Shown here piece by piece: positions 1 to 11,755 of a stretch of DNA of 64,000 bases (position 1 is the stretch's first letter; the number at the start of each line of letters is the position of its first letter). This stretch comes from Octopus vulgaris (lineage: Eukaryota), in the NCBI GenBank assembly GCA_951406725.2, contig OX597831.1, positions 72,788,001 through 72,852,000 of the forward strand. The letters run 5' to 3'. Under the pieces are notes generated by a model. That model was not told the DNA's origin. It was given only the letters and a program-made list of their open reading frames with translations, and did not search any database. Position numbers and translations under genes: made by a program.

Positions 1-184
1 TATTTCACTTCCCAGAGCTTTCAATTTCCCTTGCTCCAGCTGATTCTGTAGAGCAGACAACAACTTGTTAAGGGTCCCAAGGGATCTTCTTCCACAATAC
101 TTAAAATCCAAGTACCAGACTCAAAACCTTTGCTGTCCCCAATAACAGTTATTATGAGCATTATTATAATGATGTAAAAAAAGA

Positions 185-395
185 CGGTGAGATGGCAGAA
201 TCATTAGCACACCAAGCGAAATACTTAGCGGTATTTTGTCTGTCTTTACGTTCTGAGTTCAAATTCTGCCAAGATCAATTTTTCCTTTCATCCTTTCGGG
301 AGTCAGTAAATTAAGTACCAGTTGCATAGTGGGCTCAACTTAATCGACTGCCCCACATCCCCCAAAATTTCAGGCCTTGTGCCTAGAGTAGAATA
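185..395 (+). mobile_element. SINE family B copy (tRNA-like head, GCCTTTCATCCTTTCGGGGTCGATAAA body)
   Basis: A-box-like TGGCAGAATCATTAG and B-box-like GAGTTCAAATTC, followed by the body and the AATTTCAGGCCTTGTGCCT tail shared with >20 copies in the window. Confidence 0.85.
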
Positions 396-464
396 GAATA
401 TAAAAAAAGGCAGTGAGATGGCAGATTTATTAGCACACCGAGTGAAATGCTTAGCAGTATTTAA

Positions 465-685
465 GGGTGGCCTTTGCCAGTACCGCCTGACTGGCCCTCG
501 TGCCGGTGGCATGTAAAAGCACCCACTACACTCTCAGAGTGGTTGGCGTTAGGAAGGGCATCCAGCCGTAGAAACTCTGCCAGGTCAGATTGGAGCCTGG
601 TGCAGCCATCTGGTTTGCCAGTCCTCAGTCAAATCGTCCAACCCATGCTAGCATGGAAAGCGGACATTAAACGATGATGATGATA
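465..685 (+). mobile_element. SINE-like family C element with (GAT)n tail, inserted into a family B copy (410-850)
   Basis: GGCGTTAGGAAGGGCATCCAGCCGTAGAAAC...CAACCCATGCTAGCATGGAAAGCGGACATTAAAC(GAT)n; family B sequence resumes at ~685; related copies at ~1187, 21700, 34840, 50413, 52303, 58750. Confidence 0.8.
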
Positions 686-974
686 TTTTGTCTGTGTTTA
701 CGTTCTAAGTTCAAATTCCGCCAAGGTCAATTTTTCCTTTCATCCTTTTGGGGGTCGATAAATTAAGCATCAGTGAAACACTGGGATCAAAGTAACTGAC
801 TATCTCTCTCCCCCAAATTTCAGGCCTTGTGCCTATAGTAGAAAGGATCATTATTATTATTATTATTTTAAATTGAATGTAAATGAAAAGATGGCTGTAT
901 TAAAGTAATACTAACTTAACCTGTGACAAGTATCTGATACTTGCAAATAATAATAATTTCTTTTACTCTTTCTT

Positions 975-1310
975 TTTCTTTTACTTGTTTCAGTCATTTG
1001 ACTGCGGCCATGCTGGAGCACTGCCTTTAGTCAAGCAAATCGACCCTGGGACTTATTCTTTGTAAGCCCAGTACTTATTCTATCGGTCTCTTTTTGCCGA
1101 ACCGCTATATGACGGGGACGTAAACACACCAGCATCAGTTGTCAAGCAATGCTAGGGGGACAAACACAGACACACAAACACACACACATCATCATCATCA
1201 TCATCGTCGTTTAACGTCCGTTCTCCATGCTAGCATGGGTTGGACGGTTCGACCGGGGTTCTGGGAAGCCAGAAGGCTGCACCAGGCTCCAGTCTAATCT
1301 GGCAATGTTT

Positions 1311-1355
<45 letters not shown>

Positions 1356-1497
1356 TACGACAGGCTTCTTTCAGTTTCCGTCTACCAAATCCACTCACAA
1401 GGCATTGGTCGGCCTGAGGCTATAGTAGAAGACACTTGCCCAAGGTGCCACGCAGTGGGACTGAACCCAGAACCATGTGGTTGGTTAGCAAGCTACT
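975..1497 (-). mobile_element. SINE family A copy with a family C fragment (1187-1310) in its internal microsatellite
   Basis: Reverse complement of the family A consensus seen at 26880-27296. Confidence 0.9.
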
Positions 1498-2189
1498 TCT
1501 TTTATAAGCACAAGGCTTGGAATTTAAGGGAATGGGCTAGTCTATTATAGGAACCCCAGAGTTCAACTGCTGCTTAATTTATTGACTCTGAAAGAATGAA
1601 AGACAAAGTTGATTCAGTGGCATTTGAACTCAAAACATAAAGAATCTTTAAAAGAAAGGCTGCTCACATGATTTTGCCATCTTTGGATTATAAACAACAA
1701 TGACAACAACAACACAAAAAAATATCCATGGAGAGAAAACAGAAGAGAAGAAAAAAAATCCCACAAAATGAAGTGGAAAAAAAGCATAAAAAAATGACAT
1801 GGATAAAAATAATGGGTCCTTATTGAATGTCTGGAGAGAGGATGGGAAGAGGGTGGAAAGGAGAAAGAGGGTGGAAAGGAGGAAGATGATAAAGATGTAA
1901 TCAGTTAACTAACAATGAAACAGCAGATCAACAAGTATGTTGTTAGGGGTTGGTGGTGGGGGTCAGACTCTGTTTTTATATTGGGTGGGTGGGGGAATAA
2001 GGGGTAAGAGAACAAAGAACAAAAGGTGACAATTGTCTTATTCTCTGGCAATCAACTGAGTTTACTGTTTGGCTCTCTTCAGACACAGGAAGTGTGAAGA
2101 GGGAGAGAGAAGGAATGTTTGTGTTTTGTGTTGTGTGTGTCTATAAAAGGATGGGTGGATGGAAAGAAAGAGGGAAATGGGGGATAGAT

Positions 2190-2560
<371 letters not shown>

Positions 2561-2964
2561 CACTTATAGCCACTGACACCAATAATAACAATATGGTCTG
2601 GTGGACATGGTTTTTTTAGTTATTCCACCCACGTGGTGGTGAAGGTGGAGGAGTAGGAGGAGAAGAAGAAAGGCGAGGTGGAGGAGGAGGAGGAGGAGGA
2701 GAAGAACAAGTGGCAGGCACTTGGCATAGAAAAGTGTGAAACAAGCCTTTATGGACAGTTGCTAAGTTGTGTCTGTGAATATCATGATGGAACTGGCAGA
2801 TAGACATAAGATGTACAACAGCTGAATAAAGAGGAAACAAGGGAGCCTCTACATTGTCACGAAAACTGGTAGAAACAACAGCAAAATTTCCCTCAAACCA
2901 CACATTACTGTCTAAAAAAAAGGTCTCATGTTAGACAATAACGTCCAGGGTACTCTCTTTAATC

Positions 2965-3171
2965 TCTCTTTTACTTGTTTCAGTCATTTGACTGGAGCAC
3001 CGTCATGCTGGAGCACCGCCTTTAGTCGAGCAACTCGACCCCGGGACTTATTCTTTGTAAGCCCAGTACTTATTCTATCGGTCTCTTTTGCCGAACCGCT
3101 AAGTGACGGGGACGTAAACACACCAGCATCGGTTGTCAAGCAATGCTAGGGGGACAAACACAAACACACAA

Positions 3172-3222
<51 letters not shown>

Positions 3223-3388
3223 TACGACAGGCTTCTTTCAGTTTCTGTCTACCAAATCCACTCACAAGGCATTGGTCGGCCCGGGGCTATAGTAGAAGAC
3301 ACTTGCCCAAGGTGCCACGCAGTGGGACTGAACCCGGAACCATGTGGTTGGTAAACAAGCCACTTACCACACAGCCACTCCTGCGCCT
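2965..3388 (-). mobile_element. SINE family A, full length
   Basis: Ends (5' on minus) in GGCGCAGGAGTGGCTGTGTGGTAAG; internal (TA)n; 3' GAAACAAGTAAAAGAG. Confidence 0.92.
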
Positions 3389-3818
3389 ATACATTGTACA
3401 TATTCTCAAAACCAAGAAAACAAACTGAGATGTGATAACTCAAATATCTTTAATCATAAGTCTGCTGGAACAAGACTGACTGACTTGGGATTAAACAACA
3501 ACCACAACATTAGAAATGTCAAGAGATAACAAATAACATCAACAACATCAACAACTGCAGTTGATGTAAAAGATAACAATCCCGAGCAGAGAAAATACAG
3601 GGCCAAATTCCCAGTTCAAATCCCACTCTAGCCTATTGAGCGATAGACTGAATCCGTTGTTACCTGGATGAACATCAATCATTCCTGACATCTTGGCCAC
3701 CTTTAGTGAGCTGGGTCTTCAACATGAGATTTTCCTCCCTCCTTTCCTCTTTCTAAAAGGTCAGAGGCACCACCTTCCCTCTTGACTAAAAGACTGAAGG
3801 TTAAGTCATCTGCTTTAA

Positions 3819-3836
3819 TACTGCCACCTGGTGGTT
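3819..3836 (-). promoter_or_regulatory. CTCF-like motif CCACCAGGTGGCAG
   Basis: Matches the CCASYAGRKGGCRS core at all 14 positions, in non-repeat sequence. Confidence 0.35.
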
Positions 3837-4531
3837 CTTGACAGCAACTCCACTTCCATGTTCACAAGTGAAGACATTTGTCTTTGTTTGAGATAAAATC
3901 GAAGACAACTAGATTTCGGTTTTACCCTAATTGATGTCAAATGTCTTTGCTTGAACATGAAACTTGAGTTGCTGTTAGGAACCAATTATGTTAATGTGTA
4001 TAAAAAACATCCATAACTGTTGAATGTACTGAGTGCTCCTATTTGATAAATTTATCAACACATTTGTAAGTAATGTGTATGTATGTATCTATGTAGGCAT
4101 CAGTGTATTGTCTTTAAACAAACACAATGAAACGTATTCAATACACAAAGTAGAGTTAATTGTAATAATTGTCTTTACTACAAGCACAAGCCTTGAAATT
4201 TTGGGGAAGGGAGCTAATCAATGACATTGATACCATGGAGATCTGGCCAGATGCTTGCAACTGAATGGACCCCATTAAAAGCACCTAAATTTCCAAGGAT
4301 GGTGCTAAACCAGATGACCGATTCAACTGGCACTTATTTTATCGCCACAAAAGGATCAAAGGCAAAGTTAACCTTGGCAGAATTTTAACCCAGAATATAA
4401 AAACAAGAAATACTGTCCAGCATACCAACAAGTCTGCCAGCTTGCTGCCTTTGAGTTAATTGTAATAACAAGAATACGAGTTTCACAGATGTTCACTCCA
4501 AGTTGCCATTTATTCAAACCAATATTACATT

Positions 4532-4760
4532 AGGCGGCGAGCTGGCAGAAACGTTAGCACGCTGGGCGAAATGCGTAGCCGTATTTCATCTGCCGTTACA
4601 TTCTGAGTTCAAATTCTGCCGAGGTCGACTTTGCCTTTCATCCTTTCTGGGTCGATAAATCAAGTACCAGTTTCGCACTGGGGTCTATGTAATCGACAAT
4701 CCCTTTGTCTGTCCTTGTTTGTCCCCTCTATGTTTAGCCCCTTGTGGGTAGTAAAGAAAT
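4532..4760 (+). mobile_element. SINE family B, full length, young subtype
   Basis: GGCGGCGAGCTGGCAGAAACGTTAG head to TTTAGCCCCTTGTGGGTAGTAAAGAAATA tail; close copies at 16272, 23031, 43115(-), partial copies at 49575(-), 52028. Confidence 0.9.
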
Positions 4761-5924
4761 ATATATTGTTCTGAATAAGCGCCAACAGAAATCACTAACC
4801 TTTCCGGAAGAGCAAAAAATGTCCAGCAAGTAGAAAGGAGTTGATGTATGACATAACACCAATAACAACAACAAATATCATTGTTTTTGTTCAGCCCTAG
4901 ATCAGTCCTGATCAAACACACCTAAGAAAGTGCTCCAATCATGACCACCACACTTTTCTCTGCCTTTATTAAACAGTGTATATCCATGGTTACAATATGC
5001 AATACATCCCTTTTAAAGTAAATACAATAAAGATTTTCCACCTTTTCCTGTCCACACCACTCTGAATTGCAGGAAAAACCTATTTCAACACTTTTCTTTT
5101 TAATTTCATTATACAAACAAAAACCAAAGAAAAAACTAATTAAAATTGTTTTAAAACGGGGGCAGACACATTATCCTACGCTTGGTGAACTTGGAATATT
5201 TTCGAAACATTTGGATTATATTTTACGATTCGACTAAAAAATAGCTTTCTTGCAAACTACATGTGGCACACAAGAATGTCATGGCACAGTGGGTTAAAAT
5301 GTCTGAGCTAAGGTGTGATTTTAGGGATACCCAGTTGTTATTTCTAGCATGTCAAACAACCACAGAAGTACCCTCGTTCGCTTACATTTCTCTACGATGT
5401 TAATAAGTATAACAACAGTGATAATGATAAATGATGATGATGTCAGTACGATAATGATGATGATGACAATGATGAAAGCAGCTTCATATTCCAACCTTTA
5501 AACAATATGCCACTCAATAAAAACAACAACAACAACAACTGCAACATTTAAATGGTTTAACAAAGGAGAATGATGTCAGCTCGATAATGTTTCAGAGCTG
5601 AAGGAGCTCTTCAGGTTTCACTTTTAGAAATTTATACAAATTTCTTATTTTTTCGTTTTTATTTTAATATCAGAAATAATACAATACTCATTGTGTGGCT
5701 TTTTTTTTTTATTCTTTTGTAAATTTTATTTAAATTATTTTCTCCCTCTTCTCTTTCTTTTTCATTCCTGCTTTTCCTTTTCTTTTTTTTTGTTTTTATT
5801 AATGTTGTAGTTTCATAGAAACGAAAAGACAAAGAATTAAACAATATCACATTTCACTTTATGAAAGACCATGTTACACACAACCAGAATTGGACGCAGA
5901 ACAGGAGTGGAGGAGGGAACAAGA

Positions 5925-6545
5925 CACCGTATCGCTGTAATGTACAGCAACATCTGTTTGATGGTCAAAGTAAATGGCCACCTATCGGAATCATTTAGCA
6001 TTGCTCATTCGGTCCGTCAAGGATGCCCACTCTTGCCTCTTCTGTATGTACTGGCTCTCGAGCCATTGCTGCAGAAGCTGGATGTTTCAAGGGGTATCCT
6101 GCGTGACCTAGGATGCGGAAATTTCATATTGGCTTACGTGGAGGATGTCACCATAATAATGTCGGACACCTCAGAAATCAAGGTGGTCAGCACTGCTCTA
6201 AGGGAATATGAAGTGGTGATAAGAGCATAGATCAATCAGGGGAGGTTAGTGGGCCTGCAGTTCGGCACCTGGAGAGGCAGGTCCATGCCAACCGACAGCA
6301 TTGTAGGGCACTGGACAAAAGGACTGGTTAAATTGCTCAGGGTCTGGTTTGGTCCAGATCTCCAGGTGGACAAGAACTGGAGAGATGTGACAAGCAGGGC
6401 AGCCAATCTCACCCAGAAATGGGCAGAGAGGAAGCTGTCCCTGAAGGGTCGGGAGGAGGTGGCGAATGCGTACATTGCTTCCATCCTCTACTATTAATCT
6501 GACCATCGTCCCATTTCATGACTGATAAAGCTGGACCACTTGAAT
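5925..6545 (+). mobile_element. L1/Tx1-clade LINE reverse-transcriptase fragment (decayed)
   Basis: VKVNGHLSESF..VRQGCPL.PLLYVLALEPL, degenerate YADD (AYVEDVT), then W.ERKLSLKGR..VAN; in-frame stops at ~6230 and ~6497. Confidence 0.85.
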
Positions 6546-7198
6546 GAAAAACACAAAATTAACCTTAGCTAGGATTTGAACTCAGAATATAAAGGCTGAA
6601 AAGAAATATAGCAAAACATTTTTTCCCCATGCTGCCAAATCCACCATCCTAACTATAATAATTGTTTCCGATATAGGTACAAGGCTTAAAGGTAAGGGAA
6701 GAGGTATTTAACTGCTACTTTATTTCATCAACCCCCAGGAGGATAAAGGCAAATTTGATCTCAGTTGAACTTGAACTCAGAATGTAAAGAATCAGAATAC
6801 TGCCTTCCTTTTTCTCTCTGTCCTTCTTCTTTTTCTATCACATGACTTCGTAAATGAACAATCCAATGTGTTTATTTTGAGAGCCTACCAAAGTATACTA
6901 AGAGTTTTTTTGCCCTAGGTGTTGGGAAGACACTTGGCAAGAAATGGAAACAAAATTGAAAGAAGACAATAATAATAATAATGGTTTCAAAATTTGCCAC
7001 AAGGGCAGCAATTTTTTGTGGGGGAGAGAACTAGTTGATTACATCAACACAGTATTCAACTGGTACTTATTTTACCGGCCCTGAAAGGATGAAAGGTAAA
7101 GTCGACTTTGACGGAATTTGAATTCAGAACATAAAGACAAACGAAATGCCGCTCGGTATTTTGTCCAGCGAGATAACGATTCTGTCATCTTGCCACCC

Positions 7199-7241
<43 letters not shown>

Positions 7242-8094
7242 TAATTTTGCATGGAGAGTGTTCCTAGTATTTGACTGGTACTTGATTTTATTGACCCCAA
7301 AAGGATGAAAGGTGATGTCAACCTTAGCAGGAATTGAACTTAGAATGGAAAGAACTGCAACAATTACTACAAGGCATTTATTCCAACACTAATGATTCTA
7401 CCAGCTTACTACCATGTTTATAAGAAGAAAAATATTTCAAACTATAAACAGCACCAGTTTGGGGTGTTTTTTTTAATCATGTTTCAGATTTCTCAAGCTT
7501 TTGATAATGTCATTTCCAAAGAATAAAACCAAAAATTGTCAATGATGGCTTAGGGAAGGATTTTGCTTTCTTTTTTTTTCTTTTTTTTCTTTTTTTTTTT
7601 TTTCAGAACTGCTAAAGCAACACAAGCAAAGATGAGATCCGACAGACAGGAAGTCACTTTTGCTTCTTTTGTCAAAGAATAAATTTTCCCTCCCAAGCAA
7701 GGAATTCATTTGAAAAGCCAATTTTAGCAGACAAGGTTTTGGTTGGTTAAATAAAGGATATAGTTAGTGGCATCACCACCACCACCACCACCACCATCCT
7801 GGACCATACAATTTCAATGTGGCTATGGTAACCATGTCTACACTTCCTTCTTCAGTTGATATTACTAAAGTCAGACAAAATTTAAAGGACAGATGTAAAA
7901 TGGAATCCAAGAAACATAGATTGGACCGTAGAACTAAACTCCATTAGTTGTACTTTCTTAAACATTTACCAATAATTTGGTTTTTTGCTTTCCAACAAGA
8001 ATTCTATCTCGAAAAATGTACAGGAAGATGCAAGGAGGTAAAACAATACATCATAGTGTGAACATATACATACACAAGATACATATGTGTGTGT

Positions 8095-8138
<44 letters not shown>

Positions 8139-8426
8139 CTTTGTGTTTGTCCTCCACCATTCCTCGACAACCTATGTTGGTTTGTTTATATCCCCATAAC
8201 CTAGCAGTTTGACAAAAAAAAAAAAAACACTGACAGAGTACCGGGCTTTAAAAAAATTTAGTACTGGGATCAATTTGTTTGACTAGAAATTCTTCAGAGC
8301 AGTGCTGTAGCATGGCCTCTCATGACTGAAACAAGTGAAAGATAAGAGAAAGAGAGTCATGTGTGGAGGGGGTGGGGGGAGAGCTTCTAATTCAATTTGG
8401 TATGCATTGCTTTCAGCGTATCATTT

Positions 8427-8458
<32 letters not shown>

Positions 8459-9560
8459 GTATGCAGTCAGTGTGTGCTGCTTATGTTGGATCAGTGTGAA
8501 ATAAAATCACATGTTCAGTGCATGGGCCAGGGCCTGTAGGTGTTTTCTGCTAATTAATATCCTCGTCCAATCAATATTTATGGTTGACTGATTTGAAAAT
8601 GAATTATATGGCCATTGTAAAGTCGAGTTTTTCTTTTTTGCCATTATTTTTCTCCAAATAAATGGAGGGAAGAACAAAAAAATAACATAAAAAAGGAAAA
8701 CAAAATAAATATTATTCAGTTAAACAGCCATAAAGATTGTATTTAGATAATTAAAGCTAAAATATTTGTCACCAACCATTGTAGGTTTTTTTTCTTTCTT
8801 TTTTCTTTTTTTCATTCTTTTCTTTTGGAAATAAGACAGATTGATTAATAAATTCTTCGACTTCACAGAATGGAGCCAGGAAATCTTCCATTTCCTTTTT
8901 CTGAAGAAACTGCTTCAATGCTTTTAGTCTATTTTTTTTTTCCTTTTTACCCAGAACTAGTGAGGAATGGTCTTGGTTAAAGACAACTTAATATTCTTCT
9001 TTCCTTTTAATAATTCCAAAGATGGAATGGTAAGCATTAACAAACATATTCGAAGATCTCAAAGATTGGGGGATGGAAGGAAGGAAAGAAACTGACCTGG
9101 AAGCAGAGACTTAACAAAATGCTAACAACAGACCAGGCGCTACTAATGATATTCAAGAGTCTGCTACTCAATAACAGGAATGGTCGTGCTGGTCGTCTTC
9201 CTTATAATTTCTGTCTACCAAATTCCAGTTACAGGTCAACCAAAGTCTGTGGCACATTCACCTTTGGTTTTGCATCATAGGAATCAACCCAAAACTTATG
9301 TTGTTACAAAGGGAACTTTTTTAACCATCATGTCATGACCACCCAACATCCATCACACACAACATCATCATCATCATCGTTGTCCCTAAACTAAGATATT
9401 GTAGAATATATTAACTTCTATGCTGTTGTTCTCACTCTCTCTCTCTCTCTCTCTCTTCCCCCACCATACACTCAATCTCTCTCTCACTCACTCACATACA
9501 AACACTCTCAGTGTGTGTGTGTGTGTCTTTCTCACACATTCTCTCTCTCTCTCTTTCATA

Positions 9561-9596
<36 letters not shown>

Positions 9597-9694
9597 AAAG
9601 AATCTTTGTTTCTCTACTAAGATCAAAAACCAAAATAAATAACAAAATATTATTTTTAAATGAGCAACAGTTTCTGTTGGAGCTGGGGGTGGCA

Positions 9695-9867
9695 GTGATG
9701 ATGGTGGTGGTGGTGGTGGTACTAATGTTTTATGATGATGATGATGATGATGGCACTGGTGGTTATGATGGTAGCGGTGGTGGTGGTGGTGGTGATGATG
9801 GAAGTGATGATGGTGGTGGTGGTGGTGGTGGTAGTGGTGGTGGTGGTGGTGATACTAATGTTAAACC

Positions 9868-9911
<44 letters not shown>

Positions 9912-9930
9912 GCACTGGTGTTTATGATGA
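9695..9930. repeat. Compound (GGT)/(GAT) trinucleotide microsatellite
   Basis: Direct reading. Confidence 0.95.
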
Positions 9931-10556
9931 CAGTGACAGCAGTGTTAATAAATACAATAACAGACCTATGCACCACCCCCCCCCCCCGACCACCACCACC
10001 CCCTGACCACCTACAAGCACAATTCTTAAGAACTTATTTAGAAGCATGAAACAGAGGAAGTGAGACAAACAGACAGATATGAGACAGACAGACAGACAGT
10101 GTAGGTGGGACTGTGACACACAGACAGAACAATAAGAAGAAGAAAAGTCAATTAAAAGTTCTGTGGATGTGAATGAGGCGCAGGAGTGGCTGTGTGGTAA
10201 GTAGCTTGTCTACCAACCATATGGTTCCGGGTTCAGTCCCACTGCGTGGCACCTTGGGCAAGTGGCTTCTACTATAGCCCTGGGCCGACCAATGCCTTGT
10301 GAGTGGATTTGGTAGACGGAAACTGAAAGAAGCCTGTTGTATATATGTGCATATGTATGTATATATATATATATATAGATATATATATATATGGGTGTGT
10401 GTGATTGTGTATAGAAGAATATATTAATAAAAAGAATTCCAACCTTGTCTGATTTTCACGTTTTATTTACAATCTTATAATGATATATTATAAGATAATA
10501 TATTATAATTGAATAAAATAAAATGAAATAGTAGAATGTTAAATATTCATTCTGAT

Positions 10557-10601
10557 TGAACTAGTACTTTCATGCATTGAATTCTGCAATCTTCGGGTTC
10601 A
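10557..10601 (-). ncRNA. Minimal type-I hammerhead-ribozyme-like motif (mirror copy)
   Basis: Reverse complement of 10679-10723. Confidence 0.6.
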
Positions 10602-10678
10602 TGTAGTAGTGTTGACAGTCATGCTTCACAATTTTGGACAGTCAAAAATTGTGAAGCATGACTGTCAACACTACTACA

Positions 10679-10723
10679 TGAACCCGAAGATTGCAGAATT
10701 CAATGCATGAAAGTACTAGTTCA
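10679..10723 (+). ncRNA. Minimal type-I hammerhead-ribozyme-like motif, CCGAAGA core variant
   Basis: TGAAC-CCGAAGA-tTGCAgaattcaaTGCAt-GAAA-GTAC-TA-GTTCA: 5-bp stem I, 4-bp stem II, palindromic stem III AGTACT, UA cleavage site. Confidence 0.6.
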
Positions 10724-10848
10724 ATCAGAATGAATATTTAACATTCTACTATTTCATTTTATTTTATTCAATTATAATATATTATCTTATAATATATCAT
10801 TATAAGATTGTAAATAAAACGTGAAAATCAGACAAGGTTGGAATTCTT

Positions 10849-10903
<55 letters not shown>

Positions 10904-11313
10904 ATGTGTGTGTGTGTGTGTGTGTATGTTTCTGTGTCTGTGTTTGTCCTCCTAGCATTGCTTGACAACTGATGCTGGTGTGTTTACGTCCCCGTCACTT
11001 AGCAGTTCGGCAAAAAGAGACCGATAGAATAAGTACTGGGCTTACAAAGAATAAGTCCCAGGGTCAATTTGCTCGACTAAAGGTGGTGCTCCAGCATGGC
11101 CGCAGTCAAATGACTGAAACAAGTATAAACAAACAAAAAACAACACACACACAGGTATAAGTTAGAGGTGTTTAAACCCTCTAAGGGATAAATGTAATTA
11201 CCAGGCATTCCTGGTAATTACCTCAGTAAGTATAATCCTTAACTAATTAAATAATGGCTTCCTAGCGCAAAAGACACACTTCTTATTGTTATTTTTCTTC
11301 CATTTTCTTATCA

Positions 11314-11316
<3 letters not shown>

Positions 11317-11356
<40 letters not shown>

Positions 11357-11579
11357 ATATATATATGTATATATATATATGTGTATATATATGTATATAT
11401 ATATATGTATATATATATATATGTGTATATATATGTATATATATATGTATATATATATATTGTATATATATGTATATATATATGTATATATATATATGTA
11501 TATATATATGTATATATATATATATGTGTATATATATGTATATATATATATGTGTATATATATGTATATATATATGTAC

Positions 11580-11613
<34 letters not shown>

Positions 11614-11632
11614 GTATATATATATGTGTATA

Positions 11633-11669
<37 letters not shown>

Positions 11670-11670
11670 G

Positions 11671-11752
<82 letters not shown>
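11317..11752. repeat. Long interrupted (TA)n/(TATG) microsatellite abutting a minus-strand family A head (11753-11908)
   Basis: Direct reading. Confidence 0.95.

Positions 11753-11755
<3 letters not shown>

Larger units (their letters stand above)
10426..10854. repeat. Near-perfect palindrome centred on 10640 (arms ~214 bp); head-to-head Penelope-pLTR-like units
   Basis: Position p pairs with 21280-p; one mismatch seen 4 nt from the centre (GGAC-A-GTCA); pairing continues past a mismatch at 10425/10855 into the flanking TA. Confidence 0.95.
10177..11125 (+). mobile_element. SINE family A interrupted by a ~440-bp palindromic insert
   Basis: Head 10177-10340, internal TA/TG tract containing the insert, 3' half 10930-11125. 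Confidence 0.9.

Noticed and set aside
3133-3354. Recurrent peptide [34 protein letters not shown] looking like a gene family
   Set aside because: Antisense translation of the SINE A head
3664-3752. Minus-strand 89-nt exon bounded by TTTTAG and GTAACA
   Set aside because: Stops in all three frames and a short pyrimidine tract; unsupported without RNA data
5585-5622. Minus-strand CTGAAGA...GAAA hammerhead candidate
   Set aside because: Stem II is out of register with the core; no palindromic stem III or stem I
9515-10049. Gly/Asp-rich, poly-Met or poly-Ile ORFs (also 33184-33522, 53103-53387, 63305-63641)
   Set aside because: Trinucleotide or hexanucleotide repeats with no splice or homology support
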